IMG/VR virus record: IMGVR_UViG_3300035661_000038
Span: 1 to 64,000 of that record
Origin: a virus
Length of the DNA stretch: 64,000 bases
Strand: one strand, 5' to 3'
Below, piece by piece: positions 1 through 8,983 of the stretch (positions within the stretch are counted from its first letter, which is position 1; every line of letters starts with the position of its first letter). A program made the translations under genes and the position numbers. The notes beneath the pieces are model-generated. The model was not told the DNA's origin. It did not search any database and saw only the letters and a program-made list of their open reading frames with translations.

Positions 1-134
1 TTCGTCGTCTTGATCGCGTAGGTCGTCATCGTCGTCTCTCCTTGCCCCCTCGGGGGCCGTCGTCAGCGTCCGTCGCTGACAAGAGAGAGTCTCCGCGATC
101 GCGCGGAAGAATGCAAACTTTTTTTTTTCACCCG
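1..134 (-). repeat. Direct repeat copy A (promoter + leader + first codons MTTYAIKTT); truncated by the window edge
   Basis: Identical to 62546-62678 except for T10 vs T9 in the homopolymer. Confidence 0.95.
88..128 (-). promoter_or_regulatory. Sigma70-like promoter: A-tract (UP-like), -35 TTGCAT, 17 bp spacer, -10 GAGACT
   Basis: Read on the - strand; followed by two small hairpins, RBS AAGGAG and ATG at 29. Confidence 0.6.
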
Positions 135-167
135 AAATCTGCCGCGAATTCACGCGGCGACGCGCCG

Positions 168-189
168 GACCAAAAAGCGCCTTTTGGTC
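168..189. repeat. 22-bp dispersed palindrome, copy 1
   Basis: GACCAAAAAGCGCCTTTTGGTC; overlaps the TGA stop of 188..697. Confidence 0.95.
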
Positions 190-697
190 AGCGGTCAAGC
201 GCTCGCGAGAGGCGCGCCGCGAGGTCGAGCACCTCCGCATAGCGCGCCGCCGACGCATCGGCGCGGTCGGCGTGGCGCGCAAGGATGCGCGCGAAATTGC
301 GCACCACCTCGACGAGATCCTCTGCACGCAATTGCGCGTCCGCCGCCGGCACGACACGCGGCTTGAGCGCAAGCCCGTCGAAGTTGTCAACGTCGCGCGC
401 GACGAAGACGATCTGACCACGCTCGCTCACCGCGAGGCACGGCCGGCCGTCCATCGGCAGCGAGTCGTCGAGATTCTTGCGACGAAGGTGCGCACCGCGC
501 CACGGCACTCCAACGCCACCCATCAGGTCCGCCATCCCACGGAGCTGAGCGCCGTCGAGCGCGTTCATCACCTCACCCTCCGCCGCACGAATCGCCGCCA
601 CCGCCACCGCGCGCGCATCCGCACGCGCATCATCGAGCGCGCGCGACGCCTCGACCGCGCGCGCCGTCGCGCGTCGCAACACGTCCACCTCGGTCAC
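188..697 (-). CDS. Hypothetical protein
   Basis: 169 aa, GC3-rich codons, GTGA overlap with the upstream gene. Confidence 0.75.
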   Translation of the reverse strand: MTEVDVLRRATARAVEASRALDDARADARAVAVAAIRAAEGEVMNALDGAQLRGMADLMGGVGVPWRGAHLRRKNLDDSLPMDGRPCLAVSERGQIVFVARDVDNFDGLALKPRVVPAADAQLRAEDLVEVVRNFARILARHADRADASAARYAEVLDLAARLSRALDR

Positions 698-963
698 GTC
701 ACACTCCGCGGTCGCCCCGTCGCTCCGCGACCGCGCAAGTCGAAACGCCCCTTGGCCTTCGCCTCCGTGCGGGTGCGTTCAACATCCGCGCGCATGTCGA
801 GCTTGGCGATCCAGCGAATGAGCGTGACGACACTGACGCCGATCTGCTCGGCGGCGCGGTTCTGGAAACCATCGGCGCGCGCAAACGCCTCCAGGATCTC
901 GACGCGGGCGCGCGCCGGATCCGTGGTGATGAGGGCACCGATCTCGGTTTGCCGAAAGGCCAT
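694..963 (-). CDS. Fis-type helix-turn-helix protein
   Basis: ILEAFARADGFQNRAAEQIGVSVVTLIRWIAKL resembles the Fis/HTH_8 pattern. Confidence 0.7.
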   Translation of the reverse strand: MAFRQTEIGALITTDPARARVEILEAFARADGFQNRAAEQIGVSVVTLIRWIAKLDMRADVERTRTEAKAKGRFDLRGRGATGRPRSVT

Positions 964-974
964 GACATTGATGT

Positions 975-1256
975 CTATGCCGCGGAGTCCCCACGCTCAA
1001 CCAACTCCGATGACAACGGTAACCGGAACCTCGACGCGGCGAGCTCGCGGATGCGCTTCGCCTCGCCGCGGAGCCCGACGCGGTTGGCGAGGTGGACGAA
1101 GAACCCCGCCGAGCACCCAAGCAGATCCGCCGCGCGCCCCGTTGCGCCCGCCGTCGCATAGAGGCTCGCAAGGATCTCCGCACGCGCCTCATCCACGCGC
1201 CCGTCGCGAATCAGGAGGTAGACGTGATGTTGGTCTGCCTTGCGACGTCGAGGCAT
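975..1256 (-). CDS. Fis-type helix-turn-helix protein
   Basis: ILASLYATAGATGRAADLLGCSAGFFVHLANRVGL; start taken at MPRRRK. Confidence 0.6.
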   Translation of the reverse strand: MPRRRKADQHHVYLLIRDGRVDEARAEILASLYATAGATGRAADLLGCSAGFFVHLANRVGLRGEAKRIRELAASRFRLPLSSELVERGDSAA

Positions 1257-2197
1257 AGCCGCTCCCAAAGCTCCTCGGGGCTGATGCTGTCCGGATCCGT
1301 CTTCGGTCGCAAGCGCACGCGCCGATAGTCGACGTGGCGCCCGAGGCCCATCTTGAGCTCCTCGTCGACGAGATCGCCGGCGCGGTCGGAGTCAGTGAGG
1401 CTGACGACGCGAGAGAACGTCGCGAGCTTCGCAAACACGATCGCCGGCGCACGCGATCCTGAGAGCGTCGCGAGGCTCGCGACGCCGCCATGGGCAACCA
1501 ACGCCCGCTCGACCGCGAGCGCATTGAGCGCGCCCTCCAACACGACGACCAAATCGCGCTGCGCGCGCGACGGCCACCGCTCCTCGCCAAACATCACCCC
1601 AAAATCAGGCCGCTCCTCGCCTCGCGGCGCGAGGTAGCGCTTCACCGCCGGGTCGCGAGAAATGGTCCGTGCAGCGTACCCAGCAGGCGTCCCCGCAGCG
1701 TCGCGCGTGACGAGGACGATGCGCCCGGCGAGCCGTCCATCCACCGCATACCCGACGCGCCAACGCTCGACCTGCCACGCATCAATCCCTCGCGCCTCCG
1801 CGTACCGTCGCATCGGTGTCGGCCACGCCGAGAGCGGCTCGAAGACCACCTCTAACGGCACGCGGAACGGCCGCGCGCCGACCGGCCTCACGTCCACGCG
1901 CGCGGCGAGCGCGGGCGCCCGCGCACCGTACCCGGCCTCAACCTCCGCGAGCCACTCGCGCGCCACGTGGTAGCCGACATCGCGCACCGTCATCACAAGG
2001 TCGACGAGGTGGCCGCCGTAGTGGCACGACGCGCAGTAATGCGCCCCGCGCCGCGCACCCGACGCCATGATCGACCACGACGGGTTCGCGTCCTCATGCG
2101 TCCCGCTCGGGCACTTCGCCCATAGCCGCACCCCGCGCTCCGTCTCCTTGGTGACGTCGATGCGCAGCCGCCCAAGCACGTCCTGCACGTCAACCAT
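1211..2197 (-). CDS. dnaG: DNA primase (CHC2 zinc finger + TOPRIM)
   Basis: CPSGTHEDANPSW..CASC zinc ribbon, LEGALNAL and DSDRAG TOPRIM motifs, adjacent to DnaB. Confidence 0.85.
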   Translation of the reverse strand: MVDVQDVLGRLRIDVTKETERGVRLWAKCPSGTHEDANPSWSIMASGARRGAHYCASCHYGGHLVDLVMTVRDVGYHVAREWLAEVEAGYGARAPALAARVDVRPVGARPFRVPLEVVFEPLSAWPTPMRRYAEARGIDAWQVERWRVGYAVDGRLAGRIVLVTRDAAGTPAGYAARTISRDPAVKRYLAPRGEERPDFGVMFGEERWPSRAQRDLVVVLEGALNALAVERALVAHGGVASLATLSGSRAPAIVFAKLATFSRVVSLTDSDRAGDLVDEELKMGLGRHVDYRRVRLRPKTDPDSISPEELWERLCLDVARQTNITSTS

Positions 2198-3656
2198 CGC
2201 GATCTCGCTTCGCCTTCTTCGGTCGCAAGAACGTCGTCGCCTCGTCGGCGTCGCCGCCCATCACGTCGTAAGGCACCGACCGACCACCTGAGATCGTGCC
2301 ACGCGTCGGATCAAGATCGAGCTCCACCGCGAGCGGCCACATGCCGTACCGCTGCTTAAGAACGATCGCCTCCAACGTGTTGTCCTCAACACGCTTCCAG
2401 TGCGCCGGCCGGTGAACGCCGATCATATTGTCGGCGACCTCGGTCCACGCGCCCGATCCCTTCACGCCCTCGCGCGTCGGACGCTTGTCCGGACGCTGCT
2501 CGATGTCCTTGAGGCGCTGCTGCGCGGCAAGCACGGAATGGATGCCGAGCTTGTCGGTCATCGCCTGCATACGGAAGAGAACACGCTTCTCCTCACTCGG
2601 GCTGTCGTCGACGATGCACCGCTCGAAGAGATCAGCGATGAACACCTCGCACTGCGACTCGACGATGTGCTGCTGCACGAGGTCGAGGTTCTTGCCATTG
2701 GACGGCTTCTCGCCACTCTCGCGCCAGAATGGGTTCGGGAAGAACTTCACCCACTTCGCGATTTCGTGCATTCGGTCGCGGTGCTCCTCACGCTGCTCAC
2801 GCGTCGCGCGACCGCTCATGAAATCGGCACGCGAGAACCCGCACGAAAGGATCGCGAGGAGCTCAATCGTCATCCCTGTCCCCGGCTCCCACGGCGCATA
2901 AAGCACGCGGCGCGCCTGACGCGCGATGCCGAGAGCCATGTGCGCCAGGAGCAGGCTCTTCCCCGAGCCAGGAAGCCCCGTGACGATCGTGACCATCTTC
3001 GGTGCTGCGCCGGGGATGAGCCGACGCGCGGGCACCGCCAGCGTGTCGTCCATGAAGTTATCGAGCCCATCGATCCCGAATGGGTAGACGGCCTGCCCAA
3101 GACACCGCCGTTCGATCTCTGCGGCCTGGCGTTCCACGAGCTCCTCGGGGTCTTCGAGCCACTGCGCCCCGCTGGCACCACCCTTGAAAAACTCGCCGAC
3201 CGACTGCGCGAGCGCGACGACGCGCGAGGGGTCCTCTCGGGGATTCTTGAGCGCATCAAGCAGCGCCGCCACCGGCCCCGTCGTCGCGCGCGCCCGCCGG
3301 TCATCCCAAAAAAGAGCACGCACGTGATGGTCGAGATTGACCGGGACATCGGGGCGAAGCTCGGCGAGCTGCGCCGCGTACCGCACCACTGACTCGTCAA
3401 CACCGACCTGCTGAAGCGTCGCGAGGTCGAAGTGGAGATTGCGCCGCACGAGGTCGAGCACCCCACCCCATAACGCGCGGTGCTCGGGGCTCTGGAACAC
3501 CGTCGCGCGCGGCAACAGCGGCAGAAGCTTCGCGCGTGTCTTGGCGTCGACAATGGCGGCGGCAAGCACTACCTGCTCGTTCACCGGGTCGACGGGGACG
3601 ACGACTTCCGACGTCTCGCCCGTCGACGCCCCCTTCACCCTCTGGCGCATCCGCAT
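2190..3656 (-). CDS. dnaB: Replicative DnaB-like (SF4) helicase
   Basis: NEQVVLAA N-terminal domain, Walker A GLPGSGKS, FIAD, GSGAWTEVAD, KQRYG; start after GAGGGAG. Confidence 0.88.
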   Translation of the reverse strand: MRMRQRVKGASTGETSEVVVPVDPVNEQVVLAAAIVDAKTRAKLLPLLPRATVFQSPEHRALWGGVLDLVRRNLHFDLATLQQVGVDESVVRYAAQLAELRPDVPVNLDHHVRALFWDDRRARATTGPVAALLDALKNPREDPSRVVALAQSVGEFFKGGASGAQWLEDPEELVERQAAEIERRCLGQAVYPFGIDGLDNFMDDTLAVPARRLIPGAAPKMVTIVTGLPGSGKSLLLAHMALGIARQARRVLYAPWEPGTGMTIELLAILSCGFSRADFMSGRATREQREEHRDRMHEIAKWVKFFPNPFWRESGEKPSNGKNLDLVQQHIVESQCEVFIADLFERCIVDDSPSEEKRVLFRMQAMTDKLGIHSVLAAQQRLKDIEQRPDKRPTREGVKGSGAWTEVADNMIGVHRPAHWKRVEDNTLEAIVLKQRYGMWPLAVELDLDPTRGTISGGRSVPYDVMGGDADEATTFLRPKKAKRDRDG

Positions 3657-3661
3657 CTCCC

Positions 3662-3868
3662 TCAGCCGACTCGTCGGCAGCGCACCGTCCGCGTCCCGTC
3701 CTCGAACCCAATCGTTACCGTGCCGTGGGCCTGGTGACGGCGCACGAACCAGAGCCACCAGAGCCACCGATCGACTCGCCACCACGGCGGGTCGAAGAGC
3801 TCGTACTCGCCCTCGCCGTAGCCCGTTCCAAGCCCGACGCGCGCCCCATCCATCCGCCGATACCTCAT
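3662..3868 (-). CDS. Small hypothetical protein (Trp-rich)
   Basis: MRYRRMDG...; fits operon packing. Confidence 0.5.
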   Translation of the reverse strand: MRYRRMDGARVGLGTGYGEGEYELFDPPWWRVDRWLWWLWFVRRHQAHGTVTIGFEDGTRTVRCRRVG

Positions 3869-4126
3869 CGCCACGCCCATCCCTTCCGCACCATCGACAT
3901 GCGCCCCCTCGGAGCAGCCGCGTCGGTCCGCGAAGGAATGCCGCGCAGCGCGCGTGAACGCTCTTTCAACGGAGCTCCACGGTGCGATTGGCGGTCGCGT
4001 TGAACATCACGTCGACCCACGACACCGACGTTCAACGCGACCTTGCGCCCATGTACCCGCACAAGACGCGGACCCACTGACAGAACGCCTACGACTACGG
4101 ATTCGCATTCGTTGCTCTGCACGAAC

Positions 4127-4480
4127 TCATGCGTCCTCGTTGACTTCCGCCACTGGCCAGACCGACCCCCGCGGGATAGCTCCCCATCGCCCTGTGTAGA
4201 CTCGGGTCTGGTCAAAATCGCGCGCCAGGCGCCAGCGCCGCCGTAACTCGACACACAGCTCCTCGCGGCGTTCACCGTTGCGAAAGAGCAGCGTCGCCAC
4301 CATGCCGGATCCCGCAGTCTCGTCGTCGTCGCGAATGTCGCAGACCAGCGCCGAACACCACAGAGGACTGCCGTCACGTTCGCAGTTTAGGCAGTCGTCT
4401 GGATGCACGATCATGCCGACCTGCACGAACGGCACGTGTCTCCCGGCGACGATGATGTCCGATTCGTAATCTTCGCTCAT
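4127..4480 (-). CDS. Hypothetical protein
   Basis: MSEDYESD..., ATGA overlaps. Confidence 0.6.
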   Translation of the reverse strand: MSEDYESDIIVAGRHVPFVQVGMIVHPDDCLNCERDGSPLWCSALVCDIRDDDETAGSGMVATLLFRNGERREELCVELRRRWRLARDFDQTRVYTGRWGAIPRGSVWPVAEVNEDA

Positions 4481-4635
4481 GTGGCTGCTTCCTCGATCTC
4501 GCCGAGCTGCCGGATTTTCGGCAACGCACCGCTGCACATCGTCTCGCGTTCGTAGTTGCGAACCATCCCGCAACGCGGGCAGACGAACCAACACTCGCGC
4601 TCGTGCAACACCCAATCGCGCCCGGCGCTACTCAT
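4477..4635 (-). CDS. Small zinc-ribbon-like protein
   Basis: CPRCG..C motif, ATGA overlaps. Confidence 0.55.
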   Translation of the reverse strand: MSSAGRDWVLHERECWFVCPRCGMVRNYERETMCSGALPKIRQLGEIEEAAT

Positions 4636-4830
4636 GCGGCACCCCCATTCGAGCCGCACTCGACGGTGAGGCTGTTAACCGCGCGCTTCATTCGCGCGGC
4701 GTAAAACTTCGGGACGCGGAGTTTGTGAACCTGCCTGTGAGCCGCGGCCTTGTTCAAAGGCTTCCTTCCAAAGTGAGTTTCAACCCGCGATTGCCCGTCT
4801 TCTTCATCGTCTTCGCGTCCATCTCCGCGC

Positions 4831-5337
4831 TCACTTTCCGCGCGCCGACTCACGCGCCATCGCAATCCGATAGTCCGTCAACAACCGCCCACTGAACTGC
4901 AACGCCCACGAGATCGATCCGCCCTCGCGACCATTCTCCCGGCGAAACTTCTCGCGCTCCTTCTCGCGCTTCCAAGTCCACCAAACGAAGTCGGCGAGCT
5001 CCTGGGGCTCATTGCCAAAGTGCGCGCGCATCGTCGCCGCCGCCACGAACGACGCCTTGAGACGTTCAGCGGGCGAGAGCGCCGGCGCGACGCCGTAGAC
5101 GCGCTCGTGCATCGCCGAGAACAGCGCCACGAAGTCAATCGCCTTCGCTCCGGACCAGTCGCCGCTCGCCGCCATCGCCGCGGCGCGCGCAAGCGCTTCG
5201 TCGAACCGCTTCTGCGAGACACCACGCGGTCGCTTCGCTCGCGCACGCCCAAAGCTGTCGAGCGACTCGTCAGAGGCAGGCGGCAGAACGAGCGCGAGCT
5301 GAGGGCGCGGGATCGGAATCCTCGGCACCGCCGTCAC
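4831..5337 (-). CDS. Hypothetical protein (replication module)
   Basis: 168 aa, GTGA coupling. Confidence 0.7.
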   Translation of the reverse strand: MTAVPRIPIPRPQLALVLPPASDESLDSFGRARAKRPRGVSQKRFDEALARAAAMAASGDWSGAKAIDFVALFSAMHERVYGVAPALSPAERLKASFVAAATMRAHFGNEPQELADFVWWTWKREKEREKFRRENGREGGSISWALQFSGRLLTDYRIAMARESARGK

Positions 5338-6029
5338 CGAACCGCGCCATCCACCTTGCGCATCTCGGCAATGAACGCCGCGAGACGCTCGGCGAACGAT
5401 TCCTCGAAGAGCTTGTCCGCCGCTCGCTTGGCGCGACGACCGGCGTCAGCGTGGGTCTCGCCGGCGCGCACACGCGTCGTGACCGTGAAGGGGCCGACGC
5501 GGAACGAATTGTACGGCTTCGGCGTGTAAAGACACTCTGCCGCCGTTGCCGAGACGCTATCGCCCTCATCGCCCGAGGGGAACACGTTCGGCCCCACGCC
5601 CGCCGCCTCGTTGGCCTTCTCCTCACGCGCCGCGCGCCGCGTCTCAGGCGTCGACGTCGGCTCTGCAAGCGGCTTGCGCGTCGGCGGCTTCACACCATCG
5701 AGCCCGCCGTGCCCATTTGCGCACGACGCGCCGCCATCGGTCTCGCGCTGCGGCCCGTTGCACTCGGGGCAGAGCAGTCCGTTCAGCGGGAACGACTCGA
5801 ACGGCGGATCGGCGAACGGCTCGCGCGACTGCGCGAGCTCGTTGACCGCGCCGGAGGCGGGCGGATGACGGTCAAAGTCCTCGACCGTCGCAGGCCGCGG
5901 CGGCGCGGGGTCACGGCCATCGTCATCGGGATTGAGAACGGGGGTGCGCGTGCGGGGAACTCGGGCCATGGTGCGATTGGGTTCCTTCCTCGGAAGCGTC
6001 AGCGGGTCGACAAGCCTACGCCCGCTCAA
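5334..6029 (-). CDS. Hypothetical protein with CPEC..CANGH Zn-binding motif; start uncertain
   Basis: Pro-rich N-terminal half, globular C-terminal part. Confidence 0.6.
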   Translation of the reverse strand: MSGRRLVDPLTLPRKEPNRTMARVPRTRTPVLNPDDDGRDPAPPRPATVEDFDRHPPASGAVNELAQSREPFADPPFESFPLNGLLCPECNGPQRETDGGASCANGHGGLDGVKPPTRKPLAEPTSTPETRRAAREEKANEAAGVGPNVFPSGDEGDSVSATAAECLYTPKPYNSFRVGPFTVTTRVRAGETHADAGRRAKRAADKLFEESFAERLAAFIAEMRKVDGAVR

Positions 6030-6088
6030 CCCGCCTCACCGAAATGCCGCGCCCGCGCAGGATTCTCAACAATCACTGCGCCGAGCCA

Positions 6089-7612
6089 TCACCGGCGCAT
6101 CTCACGCAGGTACGCGCGACCGTTCACCCACGCGCCCTCGCTCCACACAACGACCGTCTTGTTCCACCGCACAAGGTTCTCGATCGCCTTCTTGCCCGAG
6201 ACGCGCTTGTCCCAAAAATAGTACAGATGCGCCGAGTCCTTCCCGAGCCGACACGCGCGCCCCTTCACCTGAGCAAGCCCCTGCTTGTGATTGGCAAGCG
6301 GCGTCACCACGAACACGTTCGCGAGCGCGGGTACGTCCTTCCCCGTGCCAAACGCTTGGATCGTGCCGAGGGCCACCTGGACATCGCCCGAGCGCAGCCC
6401 GCGAATCGTCTCGCCAAACTGCTTCTTCCACCCCGCCCCCCCGAGAACAAAGCCAGTGCGCACACCAGTGGCGGCGATCCGCCGATCGAGCTCAACAGCG
6501 TGCTCCACACGCTGCGAGAGCACCGCCGCGCTCGCTCCACCCTCGCGCACAACCCAATCGGTGATGAGCTCGTTGCGCGCACGGTCGTAAGTCATCTCTT
6601 CGATGAGTCGCGACTGCACCGACGCGAACCGCACACGGTTACGCGAGCGCGCCACGTCGACGAACGCCGCCTTGTACCAAGGGGCGTCGAAGTCGGTCGG
6701 CACCACGCGCACCTCGACATCGAGAATGAACCCCTGGGCGGCAAGGTCACGCGCACTCGCTTCGAAAGCCACGGCGCCGAACAGGTCATGGACTAGAAAT
6801 TCCTTCCGGTCCTTGCGCGACGAATCGTTGGAGAACCCGACGCGAAACCGCGACGGTGACCGATCAACAACATCGAAGATCGTCCGTGCGGCAGCGCCGT
6901 GCACTTCGTCGTACACGAACACGCCGAACTTGCCCGCGATCGCCTCGAACGCCTCGGGGCGCGCGTGGAGCGTGTCGTCGGTGGCGATGGTGATCGGGCG
7001 CACCCGCCACTCACCCGCGCCGATGCGACCGATCTGGTCCGGGCGTAGTCCGAGCTCCCGCTGCACGCGCTCGTACCACTGGTCGAGCAATCCCACGTCC
7101 GGCACCACCACGAGCGCCGGAAGCTTCGCCGCGGCGATGAGTGCCATCGCGATCGTCGTCTTCCCGCCACCAGTGCCGAGGTGGACGATGCAGTTCTCTC
7201 GCTTCAACACCGCGTCGCGCGCGGCGACCTGATAGGGGCGAAGCTCGATGCCTTGGAGGTCGGGGATGTCGTAGTGGGAAAAGAGCAGGTCCGCGTCCCC
7301 CACCGAGCGGGCGTCGACCTGCTCGTAATCGACGCCGTACGCGTCGAGCACGTCACACACGCGCGAGAGCCCGCCGCGCGGGAACGTCATCACGCCGGCG
7401 TCCTCAGACCACGTCGCGATCTCGCGCGTCTCGCCAGCGAGGGGGATACGCGCGGCCTTGCGCTTCTTGTACTCGGGATTTTCGTACGTGAAGTCGGCGC
7501 GCAGCCTCAGCACCGCGTCGTCGGAGATGTCCGCGAGCCGCACACGCACCCGATCGTCCACTACGACGCGCGCCGCGCCGGCCCGAGCTCCGAGGAACGC
7601 CGTCTGATCCAT
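6089..7612 (-). CDS. SF2 (DExH, ResIII/UvsW-like) helicase
   Basis: LRPYQ, GTGGGKT, DEVH, GTGKDVPAL, QVKGRACR. Confidence 0.88.
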   Translation of the reverse strand: MDQTAFLGARAGAARVVVDDRVRVRLADISDDAVLRLRADFTYENPEYKKRKAARIPLAGETREIATWSEDAGVMTFPRGGLSRVCDVLDAYGVDYEQVDARSVGDADLLFSHYDIPDLQGIELRPYQVAARDAVLKRENCIVHLGTGGGKTTIAMALIAAAKLPALVVVPDVGLLDQWYERVQRELGLRPDQIGRIGAGEWRVRPITIATDDTLHARPEAFEAIAGKFGVFVYDEVHGAAARTIFDVVDRSPSRFRVGFSNDSSRKDRKEFLVHDLFGAVAFEASARDLAAQGFILDVEVRVVPTDFDAPWYKAAFVDVARSRNRVRFASVQSRLIEEMTYDRARNELITDWVVREGGASAAVLSQRVEHAVELDRRIAATGVRTGFVLGGAGWKKQFGETIRGLRSGDVQVALGTIQAFGTGKDVPALANVFVVTPLANHKQGLAQVKGRACRLGKDSAHLYYFWDKRVSGKKAIENLVRWNKTVVVWSEGAWVNGRAYLREMRR

Positions 7613-7635
7613 CCGCCGAATGATGCCGCGCGCAG

Positions 7636-7657
7636 GACCAAAAAGCGCCTTTTGGTC
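7636..7657. repeat. 22-bp dispersed palindrome, copy 2
   Basis: Lies between the stop at 7659 and the helicase start at 7612. Confidence 0.95.
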
Positions 7658-7658
7658 G

Positions 7659-8015
7659 TCAGCGAACCGCGCGTCCCTCACACGCCGCCGCGACCGCCGC
7701 GAGGAGTGCGTCACCCGTCCTGGCCTTCTCCGCGGCGAGGCGAGTGTTGCGAACAACGCTCGCCGCGTCCGTGCCGCGTGACTCGCGCTTCCTCGCCGTC
7801 GTGTTGTATCGCCCGAGCGCCGCACAGAGCTCGCTAGGGAGGCTCCACGCGTGGCGCACGAGCGCCGCGTAGACCACCGCCGGATCACGCTCCTCGCACA
7901 CCGCCCGAAGCGCCGTTTGGGCGGCGCTGAGCTGCGTCGAGCTCGAAGACGGCACGGGCGAGACGGGGGACGAGTCGATGGAGCGGATCGGGATGCTGGC
8001 CATCACGCTGCTCAA
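7659..8015 (-). CDS. Hypothetical protein
   Basis: 118-aa ORF; start uncertain. Confidence 0.5.
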   Translation of the reverse strand: MSSVMASIPIRSIDSSPVSPVPSSSSTQLSAAQTALRAVCEERDPAVVYAALVRHAWSLPSELCAALGRYNTTARKRESRGTDAASVVRNTRLAAEKARTGDALLAAVAAACEGRAVR

Positions 8016-8098
8016 TGCCGCGGATGGAGGCGTGAGAGAGCGAGTCGAAAATTTCTCCCGCTCCGCGGCATCCCTCGCGCGTGCGCGCGATCTCAGAT

Positions 8099-8167
8099 TT
8101 AAGATCTTAAGATCTTAAGATCAGTGGCCTACGAGGATCTCTTCTCGCTTCGCGAGAAGAGATCCTC
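8099..8167. repeat. TTAAGATC x3 tandem plus perfect 16-bp inverted repeat; candidate replication origin
   Basis: Tandem at 8099-8122; arms 8133-8148 and 8152-8167; AT-rich; directly upstream of the replication genes. Confidence 0.6.
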
Positions 8168-8202
8168 TCGGCAGGCGACGCGCCGGAGCGCGTCGCGCCG
8201 TT

Positions 8203-8475
8203 TCAGGGAACGAACTCATTCGTCGAGAGCCATTCGGCATAATCGATCGCCAGTCGCTTTCGCCGACACTCGTCGAGCCACTGCCTCACCCGCTCTCGCT
8301 CACGCTCGCAAGCAGCGTGGTCGATGAGGTTGTCGAGGTCGAGCGTGTAGAAGAGCCGCCCCACGTCGTTGAACCATCCGTGGCGCGAGTGCCGAGGGTG
8401 AGTTGCGACCGCGCGCGAGACGATCTCCGCCTCTGACGGTCCGCAGACGATCGAGTCCAAGACCATCGCGCTCAC
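8203..8475 (-). CDS. Hypothetical protein
   Basis: GGAGG RBS then GTG/ATG; MVLDSIVCG... Confidence 0.55.
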   Translation of the reverse strand: MSAMVLDSIVCGPSEAEIVSRAVATHPRHSRHGWFNDVGRLFYTLDLDNLIDHAACERERERVRQWLDECRRKRLAIDYAEWLSTNEFVP

Positions 8476-8494
8476 CGTCGCCGCCCTCCGATCG

Positions 8495-8863
8495 TCAACG
8501 AACCGAGAGGTTGACGGTGGGCGATTTGGCGCCCGCCACCTTGCCCATGGCGGTGTGCCGAGCAGCTTCGACGAAGCCTTGGGTCCCGAAGTAGGCAACC
8601 ACAATCGCGAGCACCGTCTCTTTCACCTCTGCCCACGTAGCGTGATGGGTGAAAACGAGCGTGAAGCATCCGATAAGCGTGAGGATGAGCACCAACCACT
8701 TCTTCGATCCGAGCGCGTTCAGCGCCGCGTCACGGAACGACGCGTTGGCCGGGTCGAACAGCACCTTCAGGTCGCTCACCATCGCCGCGGGGCTCGTCGG
8801 CGGGAGCAGCCCCGCTGGGAGCGTCGGCGGGGCGGGGTCGGGGGTCAGGGTGGGGTCGGACAC
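8495..8863 (-). CDS. Holin-like two-TM membrane protein
   Basis: GSKKWLVLILTLIGCFTLVF and TVLAIVVAYFGTQG hydrophobic segments; AGGAGG RBS. Confidence 0.6.
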   Translation of the reverse strand: MSDPTLTPDPAPPTLPAGLLPPTSPAAMVSDLKVLFDPANASFRDAALNALGSKKWLVLILTLIGCFTLVFTHHATWAEVKETVLAIVVAYFGTQGFVEAARHTAMGKVAGAKSPTVNLSVR

Positions 8864-8945
8864 GATCGCGCCTCCTAGGGCCGGTTCCGTCGCCCGGAGC
8901 ACGGTTCCCGAGGCGGGGCGACGGCGCCGAGCGGGGAGCCCCGAC

Positions 8946-8967
8946 GACCAAAAAGCGCCTTTTGGTC
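8946..8967. repeat. 22-bp dispersed palindrome, copy 3 (extended 8941-8972)
   Basis: ccgacGACCAAAAAGCGCCTTTTGGTCgtcgg. Confidence 0.95.
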
Positions 8968-8983
8968 GTCGGCGAGGACGAGC

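Noticed and set aside
3900-4130. Stop-codon reassignment suggested by in-frame TAG/TGA in small ORFs (also 37325-37486)
   Set aside because: TAG, TGA and TAA all terminate well-defined core genes at sensible positions.
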